Source: SAR324 cluster bacterium (GTDB lineage: Bacteria > SAR324 > JACQKK01). From it: DNA of 53,192 nt. The notes beneath the pieces are model-generated. The model was not told the origin of the DNA. It did no database searches and worked only from the letters and a program-made list of their open reading frames with translations. The stretch is from the NCBI GenBank assembly GCA_022573975.1, contig JACZSY010000001.1, forward strand, positions 1 through 53,192, written 5' to 3'. Position 1 is the stretch's first letter, and each line of letters opens with the position of its first letter. This document shows, piece by piece, positions 34,950 to 44,223 of this stretch. A program made the position numbers and the translations under genes.

Positions 34950-35375
34950 TCAGGGGTTGAAGTAGTAGGAATCCTGCTTTTCCTCGTGGTGATTGACCAT
35001 CAGCCCGGCCAACCGGCCCAGCCGCGCGGCCACCTCTTCGAGTATCCCTTCCCCGGTCACTTCCTCGCCCAGGGCGGCCATCACCAATTCCATCCAGGCA
35101 TCCCGTTCGGTCGGGCCGATCTTGAAATGACGATGCTTGAAACGAAGGAACGGTTTTCCGTAGGTTTCGGTGTATTCCTTCGGCCCGCCGAAAAACTCGA
35201 TGAAGAAGGCCCGTTGTTTTTCCCTGGCGGCCTCAAGGTCGTCGAACATGGGAGACAGCAGTGGATGGCGGGCGATGGCACCGTAGAACCGCTCCACCCA
35301 GCGGCCGATCCCTTCTTCGCCGCCCAACTCGGCCAGCCCCACCGTTTGGTGCTGATTTTCCGTTTCGCTTTCCAT
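34950..35375 (-). CDS. Group II truncated haemoglobin (GlbO/YjbI-like)
   Basis: Start at MESETEN (ATG 35375). FYGAIARHPLLSPMF.., FFGGPKEYTETYGKPFLRFKHRHFKIGPTERDAWMELVMAAL matches the trHb pattern GGP..Y....G.P.LR..H..F.I....RD.W. Confidence 0.8.
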   Translation of the reverse strand: MESETENQHQTVGLAELGGEEGIGRWVERFYGAIARHPLLSPMFDDLEAAREKQRAFFIEFFGGPKEYTETYGKPFLRFKHRHFKIGPTERDAWMELVMAALGEEVTGEGILEEVAARLGRLAGLMVNHHEEKQDSYYFNP

Positions 35376-35682
35376 GGGGGAATATCGTTCTCGTGAAGGC
35401 AAGCGGCGCACCGCACCGCGGGAGAAGGCTTTTGGGGCAAGCCCTCCCTGAAAAATAATCCGGGGAAGCCGCTCCCTGGCTCCATCCTCCTGCGTTTGGC
35501 GGGCATGGGCAAACCGCCCCGCGGCTTCCCGCCAGGGTTTTAGAAGGCCTGTGACCAACTAAATGCGTGGGGGATTTCATCCCCGCAACCCCAGAACATT
35601 TTTTGAAAAAAATGGATGAAAATTTTCAATAAGATATTGGAATGATAGGTTTAAATACTTGTTTTTCCTATGAGAGAGTTTG

Positions 35683-35696
35683 TTGAAACTTTTCAA
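35683..35696. promoter_or_regulatory. CRP/FNR-family-type palindrome TTGAA-ACTT-TTCAA
   Basis: Perfect TTGA-N6-TCAA core inside a sharply AT-rich stretch (about 35590-35700), between the divergent haemoglobin and FG-GAP genes. It is more than 300 nt from both starts. Confidence 0.35.
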
Positions 35697-36030
35697 AATT
35701 TCCCACCGGAGGGCCGCCGGAGGCACCCCTCTCCCGCTTTTATCGAGTTGGTCACAGCCCTTTTAGGGTAGAATAACCCCGAACGCCCCCAATGGCCATG
35801 GAGAAGCCGCTTGGAGTTCCGGCCAGGCTCAATGGGAAAAATCTCGGGAGTCACCGGCCCGTGGTGCATGAAATCTGCATTAAAATTCCTTGAAATGATT
35901 ATGGGTTTTAATCAATGCATGACCGGTCTGACAATGCCGGTCACACCGCCAAGGGCGGGTTGCCCCACATCGCTCGAATTTTGATAAACTATTCAAGATT
36001 GGCCTCATCCACCATCACCCGTGTGAAGCT

Positions 36031-39021
36031 GTGAAACTCCCATTGGCGAAGAACAGTATCCCCTCCCCCTCCAACCGGCGACGGTGGAGGGGCGCCCGCC
36101 TTTTGGCCCGGCTGACCGGGTGGATGTGGCCGATCCTGGCAGGTGGCATGGTGCTTTCCATGGTCCATTCCCAGCCTAAAAAGCAGGCCGAGGTCATGGA
36201 GATCGATTGGCAGCGCGCCTTTTACGGCACATTGGATGGGAAAAAAGTACTCCTTTTCAACTCCACCCTGGCCCACGGCAAGCTTACCTTCGGCGACTTG
36301 AATGGGGACGGAAGGTTGGACTTTCTGGTGGGAAAAGAAAACGGACGAATCGCCCTGTTCCTCAACGAGGGCACTTCGGAAAAACCGGCCTGGCGACTGA
36401 ACCAGGAAGAAATCAAAGCCCAATTCCCGCGGCCGGGCGAAAACCAAAAAATCAAAACCGGGCTCGATGTGATCGATGTCGGAAACCACGCCGCTCCGGC
36501 GCTGGTGGATATCGACCTGGACGGCGATCTCGATTTATTCGTGGGGAGCGGTGACGGGCGTTTTTTCTTTTTCAAAAACATTGGCAATCCCCTCCTGCCC
36601 TCTTTTTTCCTGGTGCGGGACGATTCCATCTCCAGGGATTTCGGCAACCGTTTGGTTCCCTTTTTCGCCGATGTGAACCAGGACCGTTTGCCGGACCTGC
36701 TGGTGGGCAATCAAAAGGGTGAGGTCTACCTGATGATCAATGAAGGCTCCCGCTCCCGGCGGGAGGGGATAATTTGCAGGGAACTGCCCGCCGCCGATCC
36801 CGAGCCGGAAGAAAAATTCCCCTGCAAAATTCCGCCTCGGCGTTTACTTTCCATCGGCAAGGAATCCAACGCCGCTCCGGCCATGGTCGACTGGGACGGG
36901 GATGGCGATCTGGACCTGTTCGTGGGCAAAAGCGATGGCACCATCGCCTACTACGAAAACAAAGGCGACGCCTTCAACGGAGACTGGCGATTGGCGCAGA
37001 GGCGCTTCCTGGCCATCGACGAGGGCGGATTCGCCGCGCCGGTTTTCCTGGAGGCCAATGGCGACGGCAAGCCGGACATGCTCATCGGGAGCAGCACCGA
37101 TCTAATTTCACTCTACACCTACAAGGGCACCGGCAACCCACTGGACGTGTGGAAGGTGACCGGAAACTGGCTCGACAACCGGCGAATCGCACCGGATCAA
37201 AGCCGGGTCGTGTTGACCTCCGGAGATTTGGATGGCGACAAGGACCTGGACCTGATCCTCGGCAATGGGGCGGGTTCGCTGATCCGGCTGGAGAACACCG
37301 GCACCCCGGCCAAACCCGCCTGGACTCCCGTCACGGGAAATGTGCTGGCCAAGGTGACGCGGAAAAATTCCGCCCCCTGGCTGGCGGACCTGGACGGGGA
37401 CGGCGATCTGGACCTGCTGGTGGGTGGAATCGATGGCCAACTCTGGCTGCTGCGCAACCGGGGGGGACCCAAGGCCGCGAAATTCGTACTGGAAACCACC
37501 CGTTTCGAGAAAATCGACGTGGGCAATGACAGTATTCCGGTCACCGTCGACATCGATGGCGACGGCGATCTGGACCTGTTCGTGGGCAACCGCAACGGCT
37601 TTGTCATTTTCTACCGGAACATCGGCAGCGCCTCTTCCCCCAAATTCCGGAAGCCCGTCAAGTTTGGAAATGTGTCCGGGAAGAGGAACGCCGCGCCCGG
37701 ATTTTTCGATTGGAATGGTGACCAGCAAGTCGATTTGGTGGTGGGTTCCCGTGGGGGATTCCTGATCCTCAATGTCAATAAAAATCCCCCCAAAAGCGTC
37801 GAACTCAAGGCCTGGGAACCGTTGGGCAAAAGGTGGGGGCCGTTCAGTGGAGACGGGTTCAGCGTCCCCCATTTCGCGGACCTCAACCAAGACGGCAGGC
37901 CCGACCTGCTGTTGGCCGACGGACAAGGCAATATCCAGTTGTGGTGGAATCGGGGCCGGGCGCCGCCATCCAAGCGCGAAACCGCTTCGGTGAAAGGCGG
38001 CGGGGAAAGTGAACCCGACGACACGGCCAACGATATCCAGAATGCGCTCGCCACCGCCGCCCTGACCCCGGACGCGCCCGATACCCTGTCCGGCAGCGGG
38101 TTGAAGGACCTGTCGCCACCCGCCGCCACCAACGGGGAGCAGGGAGCGGCCGTTTCGGCCATTCTCAGCCAGCCCCGGGAAACCACGGGCCCGATCGATC
38201 CTGAGCTGGTGCTGGTCTCCAGGAATTTCGCGGGAATCAAGGTCGAGGGCCGCTCCGCCCCCACATTCGGTGACATCGACGGGGACGGTGACCTGGACCT
38301 GGTGGTGGGCGGGGGAAAGGGCGCATTGGAACTCCACCGCAACGTCGGCACCAGGAAAAAACCGGCCTGGAAATTGGAAATCAAAAATCTGGCCGGGTAC
38401 GAGGGGGGAGACAACCCCTCGCCGCTGCTGGTGGACCTCGATGGGGATCAAAAGGTGGATCTGATCGTCGGCACCGAAAACGGGCGTCTCCTCTTTTATC
38501 GCAACACCGGCAAGACCAGCGGGGATCCCTTCCAACTGGTGCCAGGCGCATTGGCCGGGATCAATGTCCGCCGCAATGCCGTTCCGTCGGTGGTGCGGAT
38601 CAATGGCGATTCCCTCCCGGACCTGCTCGTTGGAAACCTGGCGGGAACCCTGTTCGCCTATCTCCGGGACGCCACGGCGCAATCCTTGAATTTCAAGTTG
38701 GAAGATCGGCGTTTCCTGAGAGTGGATGTGGGCATCGCATCCACGCCATTCGTGGGAGACATCGACCGGGACAAGGCGCCGGACCTGCTGATCGGGTCGG
38801 ACCAGGGCAAGATAACCTTCTTCACGCGCGGCAGGGGGCGGGAAAAGCCGACCTCCTCGGGCTGGTCACGAGGCAAGGCGTTTTTCAAATCCTTGAAATT
38901 TCCCTTCGCCTCCAGGCCGGTGCTGGCCGATGTGGATGGTGACGGTGACATGGACCTGTTTTTGGGAACTGAAAAAGGAACGATCTTTTACTACCGCAAC
39001 GATGCTGTCAAAGCGGAATAG
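36031..39021 (+). CDS. FG-GAP/VCBS-repeat protein, 996 aa, N-terminal signal/anchor (paralog 1)
   Basis: About 15 blades with the motif D(x)(D/N)GDGxxD(L/F)(L/F)VG..(D/N)G.(I/F).(Y/F)(Y/F).N.G, for example DIDLDGDLDLFVGSGDGRFFFFKNIG and DWDGDGDLDLFVGKSDGTIAYYENKG. GTG start. Arg-rich N-terminus plus hydrophobic helix WMWPILAGGMVLSMV. Confidence 0.85.
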   Translation: MKLPLAKNSIPSPSNRRRWRGARLLARLTGWMWPILAGGMVLSMVHSQPKKQAEVMEIDWQRAFYGTLDGKKVLLFNSTLAHGKLTFGDLNGDGRLDFLVGKENGRIALFLNEGTSEKPAWRLNQEEIKAQFPRPGENQKIKTGLDVIDVGNHAAPALVDIDLDGDLDLFVGSGDGRFFFFKNIGNPLLPSFFLVRDDSISRDFGNRLVPFFADVNQDRLPDLLVGNQKGEVYLMINEGSRSRREGIICRELPAADPEPEEKFPCKIPPRRLLSIGKESNAAPAMVDWDGDGDLDLFVGKSDGTIAYYENKGDAFNGDWRLAQRRFLAIDEGGFAAPVFLEANGDGKPDMLIGSSTDLISLYTYKGTGNPLDVWKVTGNWLDNRRIAPDQSRVVLTSGDLDGDKDLDLILGNGAGSLIRLENTGTPAKPAWTPVTGNVLAKVTRKNSAPWLADLDGDGDLDLLVGGIDGQLWLLRNRGGPKAAKFVLETTRFEKIDVGNDSIPVTVDIDGDGDLDLFVGNRNGFVIFYRNIGSASSPKFRKPVKFGNVSGKRNAAPGFFDWNGDQQVDLVVGSRGGFLILNVNKNPPKSVELKAWEPLGKRWGPFSGDGFSVPHFADLNQDGRPDLLLADGQGNIQLWWNRGRAPPSKRETASVKGGGESEPDDTANDIQNALATAALTPDAPDTLSGSGLKDLSPPAATNGEQGAAVSAILSQPRETTGPIDPELVLVSRNFAGIKVEGRSAPTFGDIDGDGDLDLVVGGGKGALELHRNVGTRKKPAWKLEIKNLAGYEGGDNPSPLLVDLDGDQKVDLIVGTENGRLLFYRNTGKTSGDPFQLVPGALAGINVRRNAVPSVVRINGDSLPDLLVGNLAGTLFAYLRDATAQSLNFKLEDRRFLRVDVGIASTPFVGDIDRDKAPDLLIGSDQGKITFFTRGRGREKPTSSGWSRGKAFFKSLKFPFASRPVLADVDGDGDMDLFLGTEKGTIFYYRNDAVKAE

Positions 39022-39252
39022 CCACAAAAGCGCGATGGTGGCGGAAAAGAAATCAACCCAACCCCTGGCCGCGCAGGGGGAACCCGCGCGGAGCATTGGC
39101 GGCGGGGCTTTTGGCGTTGCCGGGTCAAGAAGGCGCGATCGAGGAAGGATGGGATGATAATCCAGCAGCTGGGGATACTTCGGAAGATCGGGCCGTCATG
39201 GATAGGCCGGCCCGGATCATCAAGGAAATTTTTCTGGAAGGAGAAATCCGAC

Positions 39253-40518
39253 ATGAGAAAAGGACTATGGACGGCCCTGTTGGCGCTTGTGTTTTCCGCC
39301 GCCGCGCTGGTTCCCGCGCTGGTTCCCACAATATTGGCCGCGGGAAGGCTGGATGTGGTGCGGGTGGAATTGGCGGAAAAATCCATCCCTCCGGGAGGCT
39401 TGCAGATCGTGCAAATCACGCTGGGAAACGTCGGCCGCGATGCGATCCTCGCCGGACTGAAACTGGACCTGCTCAACGAACGCCAGCAGCGGATCGGCTC
39501 GCCCCAGACCCGCCAGGTGAAAATTCCCGCCAAGGATGAAATCCGGGTGTTGTTCCGCCTGCGCGTGCCCAACAAGCCGGGGAAGTACACGGTGCGCTTC
39601 GAGGCCTTCAAGCCCGATTTCAAAAACCGGCTGATCCGGGGCAAGCCGGTCTTCATGACCCCCTTCGTGGTCGGCCTCAGCCCCGATCAACGCTTGCGGG
39701 ACCAGGCTCAGCAGACCGGGTTGACCACCGCGCGCTTCACCCCGCCCACCGGCCTCAGGTTCGAACTGCCGGACCTCCTTTTGGAGAACGTCTCGATCAA
39801 GCCCGATGACCTGCTGGTGGGCGAAGAAATAATGATCACGGCCGATCTGCTCAATGTGGGAGGGGATATCGCCCGCACCATCAGCGTCCATGTCAACTAT
39901 TACAATATCCGCACACCCAGGCGGATCCGCACCATCAGCAAGCATGTGATTCACGTTCTCGCCCCCGGAGAAACAAAGGAACTGGTCTACAAGGAACTCC
40001 TGCCGAAAACCTCGATTGTCGGGGCCTACCAGATTTCGCTGGTGGTCGATGTGGGGGACCGGGTGGAAGAATCCAACGAGGAAAACAACTCCGCGAAAAC
40101 CGCGGAGTTCCGGCTCAGCCGGATCAAATTGATATTTCCCCGGCCCGATTTCGCCTTCGAGGAGGCCGGTCTCTTTCTCTTCCGGTGGAACACCCTCAGT
40201 TTCGACGAATTCAAGGTTCAGGTGGGCATCGATGCGGCCTTCCGGGAGACCGAAAATTTCTTCGATCTGCCCCAAGGGGACAAATGGACCAAGGACCTGG
40301 AAATTGTCCCGCTGGAAGGGGAATTGCCCGCCATGGCGCAGGGGCTGATGGAAAAAAGCAAGAAACGCGAGCTTTTTTGGCGGGTGACGGCCCGGGACAG
40401 CAAAACGGGAAAGAAAGGCGTTTCCCGCGTCTTCCGCTTTACCATCAAGCCCGAAAAGCAAGAACCCCCGGAAGAAACCCCGCCTCCGGCTCAGCCCGTG
40501 CGGCCGCCTCGAAATTGA
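39253..40518 (+). CDS. Secreted CARDB-domain protein
   Basis: Start at MRKGLWTALLALVFSAAALVPA with RBS GGAAGGAGAAA. CARDB-like module LENVSIKPDDLLVGEEIMITADLLNVGGD...LAPGETKEL...VVDVGDRVEESNEENN. Pro-rich C-terminus. Confidence 0.8.
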   Translation: MRKGLWTALLALVFSAAALVPALVPTILAAGRLDVVRVELAEKSIPPGGLQIVQITLGNVGRDAILAGLKLDLLNERQQRIGSPQTRQVKIPAKDEIRVLFRLRVPNKPGKYTVRFEAFKPDFKNRLIRGKPVFMTPFVVGLSPDQRLRDQAQQTGLTTARFTPPTGLRFELPDLLLENVSIKPDDLLVGEEIMITADLLNVGGDIARTISVHVNYYNIRTPRRIRTISKHVIHVLAPGETKELVYKELLPKTSIVGAYQISLVVDVGDRVEESNEENNSAKTAEFRLSRIKLIFPRPDFAFEEAGLFLFRWNTLSFDEFKVQVGIDAAFRETENFFDLPQGDKWTKDLEIVPLEGELPAMAQGLMEKSKKRELFWRVTARDSKTGKKGVSRVFRFTIKPEKQEPPEETPPPAQPVRPPRN

Positions 40519-40643
40519 GAAAACGGTAAATCCGAACCCCCGGGCCGGCTCCGGCCGGCCCTCCAGGTGCTCCCGGAGATCACCCAAATGGCCTCGAGGC
40601 ATCACCCGTCCGCCCACCCGTCCGGCGCGGTCCGCGATGCACC

Positions 40644-41213
40644 TCAATCCGCCTCCCGTTGGGTTAAAAAAAACTCCAGATCCCGCAGAGCCATCGCCCG
40701 CATGGAATAGCGCCGCTTTTCCTCCTGCTCCATCTCCCCCAGGGTGCGTGTGGCGCCGTCGGGTTGAAAGATGGGATCGAACCCGAATCCCAGACCGCCC
40801 CTGGGGCGGACGATGCGCCCGGCGATCTCTCCGGAAAAAAAATGAAGGCGGCCGCCATCGTGGAAGCCCACGCCGCAAACCGCACGGGCTTTTTGGTCGC
40901 CAAAGGGTTCCAGCGCCCGCGCCAACCCCTCCCCGCCCAACGCCTCCAGGAAAAATTTGATGAACGGACCGGGCAACTTGCCCCAGGCCTCGAAAATGAG
41001 CACGGTATCCTCCACCAGCACACTCTCCCCCACCATCCGATGGGCCTGATCGGCCTTGAAGCGCACCAACCGCTCCAGATCGGTGGTCTGCAACTCGTCC
41101 AGTTCCAGGTGTACGCCTTCCACCGGGCGGTGCAGCCAGGCAGCGGCTTCCCTCAATTTTCCGGGGTTGGTGGTCACGAATTTGAGCGCGATCCTGGGGG
41201 CCATCGGCAGCAT
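40644..41213 (-). CDS. rdgB: Non-canonical purine NTP pyrophosphatase (RdgB/HAM1 family)
   Basis: FVTTNPGKLREA, ..VEDTVL.., GGLGFGFDPIF, EKRRYSMRAMAL. Start is ATG 41213 or 41204. Confidence 0.85.
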   Translation of the reverse strand: MLPMAPRIALKFVTTNPGKLREAAAWLHRPVEGVHLELDELQTTDLERLVRFKADQAHRMVGESVLVEDTVLIFEAWGKLPGPFIKFFLEALGGEGLARALEPFGDQKARAVCGVGFHDGGRLHFFSGEIAGRIVRPRGGLGFGFDPIFQPDGATRTLGEMEQEEKRRYSMRAMALRDLEFFLTQREAD

Positions 41214-41395
41214 TCGGGTTGGGGGGCCGCCGGTATCGAAATCGGGCCGGACTTTCCGCCTCGCCACCTGCCGGCGGTTTACAGGAAGCGCCCGCCGGGC
41301 TAGGTTAAGCCCTTTTGACGCGAGGGCACAAGCCGCCGATGGGACAGCGGCCCCGAACCGGCGGCCCCGAAAATGACACACAGCCTCACCGCAAG

Positions 41396-42727
41396 ATGAA
41401 CGATTTACTGATCCGGAACATTCGCATCCCAGGGGGGGAAGTCCAGGACATGCTGATCCTGAAAGGACGGATCGACACCCTGGGCCAGGGCCTGCCCGTG
41501 GCGGAGGGCATCCCCGTGCTGGAGGGGAGAGGATTGATGGCCCTGCCCGGCGCCATCGACATGCACGTCCATTTCCGCACTCCGGGGGGAGAGCACAAGG
41601 AAACCCTGCTGAGCGGGGCGCGGGCCGCCATCAAAGGAGGAACCACCACCTGCGCCGACATGCCCAATACCCAGCCACGCACCACCACCCTGGCCGCCCT
41701 GGAAGAAAAAATCGAAAAAGCCCGTGGCGCCCCCGCCAATCTGCTCTTCAATTTCGGCGCGGAACCGGACAACCTGGATCAGGTGCGCGCGGCCGCCGCG
41801 CACAGTTGCGTGAAGGCGCTTAAAATCTACATGGGCCCCTCCACCGGGCAGGGCGGATTGGCGCCGGAGCATGTGGAGGCGCATTTCCGCCAGGCCGGGG
41901 CGCTGGGTCTGCCGGTGATGGTTCACGCCGAGGACATGGAACAGATTCTCCACGATGGCCAGCGCTTTCCCCATGATGCCGGGCATCACCACCTGCTGCG
42001 GGGGGCGGAGGGAGAACTTCGCGCCATCGGGCTGGCGCTGGGTTGGGCCGAGGCCTACGGGGTGAAACTGCATCTGGCCCATTGCACCCAGGCCGGGGCC
42101 ATCGACCTGGCCGATGCCAGCCCCATCCGCGAACGGGTGTTCGTCGAGGTCTGCCCGCATCACCTGCTGTTGTCCAGCGAGGGCATCGCGCCGCCCTTGG
42201 AAAACCGGTACAAGGTCAACCCGCCCCTCCGCCCGGAGGCGGAGCGGGAGGCCCTCTTCGCCAGGCTTTCCCGCACCCCCGGCGAGGGCGGATTCGACGG
42301 CCTGGGAAGCGACCACGCCCCCCATACCCTCGAGGAAAAAGAGGCGCCCTATGACCAGGCCCCCAGCGGCATTCCCGGGGTCGAGTACCTCTTCCCGCTC
42401 GCGGTGACCTGGTGGTTGGAGGACAAAATTACCTTGGAACGCCTGATCGCCATCACCTCGGACAATGCCGCCCGGTTTTTCGGGCTCAACAAGGGGCGCC
42501 TCGCGCCCGGTTTCGACGGCGACCTGGTGCTGATCGACAAGGAGGCTTCCTGGCGCGTGGCGCGGGGATCGGACAGCGTGGCCAGCCGCTGCGGATGGAC
42601 CCTGTACGAGACCCTCCCCATGCGCGGGAGGGTGGTGGCCACGGTGGTTGCGGGACGGGTGGTTGCGGGACGGGTGGTGGGGGGAGGGGAAACATCCGGC
42701 CGGGAAGCGGAAACCGCCGGTCCCTGA
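41396..42727 (+). CDS. pyrC: Dihydroorotase (amidohydrolase superfamily)
   Basis: PGAIDMHVHFRTPGGEHKE, VKALKIYMG, VMVHAED, GSDHAPH. C-terminal tail with VVAGR repeats. Confidence 0.85.
   Translation: MNDLLIRNIRIPGGEVQDMLILKGRIDTLGQGLPVAEGIPVLEGRGLMALPGAIDMHVHFRTPGGEHKETLLSGARAAIKGGTTTCADMPNTQPRTTTLAALEEKIEKARGAPANLLFNFGAEPDNLDQVRAAAAHSCVKALKIYMGPSTGQGGLAPEHVEAHFRQAGALGLPVMVHAEDMEQILHDGQRFPHDAGHHHLLRGAEGELRAIGLALGWAEAYGVKLHLAHCTQAGAIDLADASPIRERVFVEVCPHHLLLSSEGIAPPLENRYKVNPPLRPEAEREALFARLSRTPGEGGFDGLGSDHAPHTLEEKEAPYDQAPSGIPGVEYLFPLAVTWWLEDKITLERLIAITSDNAARFFGLNKGRLAPGFDGDLVLIDKEASWRVARGSDSVASRCGWTLYETLPMRGRVVATVVAGRVVAGRVVGGGETSGREAETAGP
42643..42680. repeat. 2.5 x 15-bp in-frame tandem repeat in the pyrC 3' end (VVAGR)
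   Basis: ggtggttgcgggacg ggtggttgcgggacg ggtggtgg. Confidence 0.9.
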
Positions 42728-42742
42728 GAATCCGCAGGGTGC

Positions 42743-42770
42743 CGGGCGGGAAGGGCCGCCCGTTTTTTTT
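42743..42770 (+). terminator. Intrinsic terminator after pyrC
   Basis: CGGGCGG-gaaggg-CCGCCCG followed by TTTTTTTT. Confidence 0.85.
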
Positions 42771-42857
42771 GTCCCTGGGCCATCAAAATCGGCCAATTTT
42801 GTTTTTATGGCGTTACAATAATGGTAAATGCCGAACGATGCCGGTCACCCGCCATAA

Positions 42858-42927
42858 TGCGCCTTCGATGACGCGCTTTCGATGACGTGCATTTGACGAT
42901 ACACCTTTGACGATCTGCCTTTGACGA
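42858..42927. repeat. 5 x 14-bp phased direct repeats (consensus YNYGCCTTTGAYGA), non-coding
   Basis: tgcgccttcgatga cgcgctttcgatga cgtgcatttgacga tacacctttgacga tctgcctttgacga. About 180 bp upstream of the cyclase gene. Confidence 0.9.
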
Positions 42928-43106
42928 GGCACCGTGCCGGCCCCCTTTGCTCTGGCAAAACCTTCCGCCGGAAGGGGTAGCGGCAGCGAAACATTACTGG
43001 GAACCTTGGCCTCCGGCAGTGCCCAGACGAATTTTCCGGCTCATATCCCGGGCAACCGGTGGCGCCGGAACCTTACCCTCAACCCCTGAAAGCACCCGGT
43101 CATTAA

Positions 43107-44042
43107 ATGGTCCAGATCGCGTATGAAGGGGAAAAGGTGGTCGAGGAAGAGGATCTGACCCTTTCCCTGTTGGACATTTCACTCAAACACGGCCTGCCCC
43201 ACCTCCATGTCTGCGGCCGTTCCGCGGCCTGTTCGACATGCCAGGTGGAAATCATCGCTCACCTGGAAAATGTGGTTCCCCGCAGCCCATTGGAAGATAA
43301 ATTCGCCCGTAAAAATCAGTTGGAGGGAAATGTCCGGCTGGCATGCCAGACTTACCTGACCGGCCCGGTCACACTGCGCCGCCACGTGCGGGATGATATC
43401 GACGTGGACGAAGCCATCATGGAATCGGTGCAATTCACGGGCAGCAAGCAAATGCTGGCGATCCTGTTCTGCGATATCCGCGATTTCACCGGACTGTCCG
43501 GGCGGATGCTGCCCTATGACATGTTCTACGTGCTCAACCGGTATTACCAGAAAATGGGGGATTGCGTGCTGGCCCATCATGGATACCTGCACCAGTATTA
43601 TGGCGACGGAATGATGGCGTTGTTCGGATTTTATGCCCGGGAACCCAGGCAAATTTGCCTGGATGCGGTCACCGCCGGGATGAAAATGCTGGAGGGGTTG
43701 GAGGAGTTCAACCGGTTTTTGGAAACCAATTTCAAGGAAAAATTCAAGATCGGAATCGGAATCCATTTTGGGGAGGTGCTGGCGGGCAAAATTGGCCACA
43801 TCAAAAACAGGCATCTGACGGTATTGGGAGATGTGGTCAACACGACCCAGCGGATTCAGGACGCCACCAAGCTGTCCGAAAATCCATTGCTCATCTCCGA
43901 TCAGGTCTATTGGGAATTGGGGGCGACGATTCTCAAGGTGCGGCCCTTCATGGCCCAATTAAAGGGCAAGCCCGGTGAACATCGCCTCTACGAGGTGCTG
44001 GGTTTCGCCCGCACCCATGGCCAGGCCCGGAAACGCGCTTGA
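43107..44042 (+). CDS. 2Fe-2S ferredoxin-like domain fused to a class III adenylate/guanylate cyclase
   Basis: N-terminal HVCGRSAACSTCQV...VRLACQ supplies four Cys of a plant-type ferredoxin fold. Cyclase core: LAILFCDIRDFTGLS, YYGDGMMALFG, IGIHFGEVLAGKIG, TVLGDVVNTTQRIQ. Confidence 0.85.
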   Translation: MVQIAYEGEKVVEEEDLTLSLLDISLKHGLPHLHVCGRSAACSTCQVEIIAHLENVVPRSPLEDKFARKNQLEGNVRLACQTYLTGPVTLRRHVRDDIDVDEAIMESVQFTGSKQMLAILFCDIRDFTGLSGRMLPYDMFYVLNRYYQKMGDCVLAHHGYLHQYYGDGMMALFGFYAREPRQICLDAVTAGMKMLEGLEEFNRFLETNFKEKFKIGIGIHFGEVLAGKIGHIKNRHLTVLGDVVNTTQRIQDATKLSENPLLISDQVYWELGATILKVRPFMAQLKGKPGEHRLYEVLGFARTHGQARKRA

Positions 44043-44110
44043 GAGCCGGACCCCGTCCTTTGACGGCGGCGGACCCAATCCACCAGGGAGGTTGCCCTTC
44101 CTCCCGCCAA

Positions 44111-44164
44111 GGTCTTTACGGTCTTTCCGGTGGTTTCGGAACTTTCGGTGGATTCGGAGCTTTC
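44111..44164. repeat. 6 x 9-bp degenerate tandem repeat (GGNNNTTYC), intergenic
   Basis: ggtctttac ggtctttcc ggtggtttc ggaactttc ggtggattc ggagctttc. Shares the unit ggtggattc with the array at 4207-4233. Confidence 0.8.
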
Positions 44165-44223
44165 CGCCGGCGCCGATCGATCCCATTTTTTCCTTTTCTT
44201 CATTTTTTCAATCCTCCCCGCCC

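Noticed and set aside
3414-35800. Second copy of the putative IS end: tcacagGccttttaggg at 3414-3430 against tcacagCccttttaggg at 35752-35768
   Set aside because: It is a 16-of-17 match. By my rough estimate about one or two such matches are expected by chance in 53 kb on both strands. The flanking similarity is patchy. It is worth a BLAST check but is not reportable as a mobile-element end.
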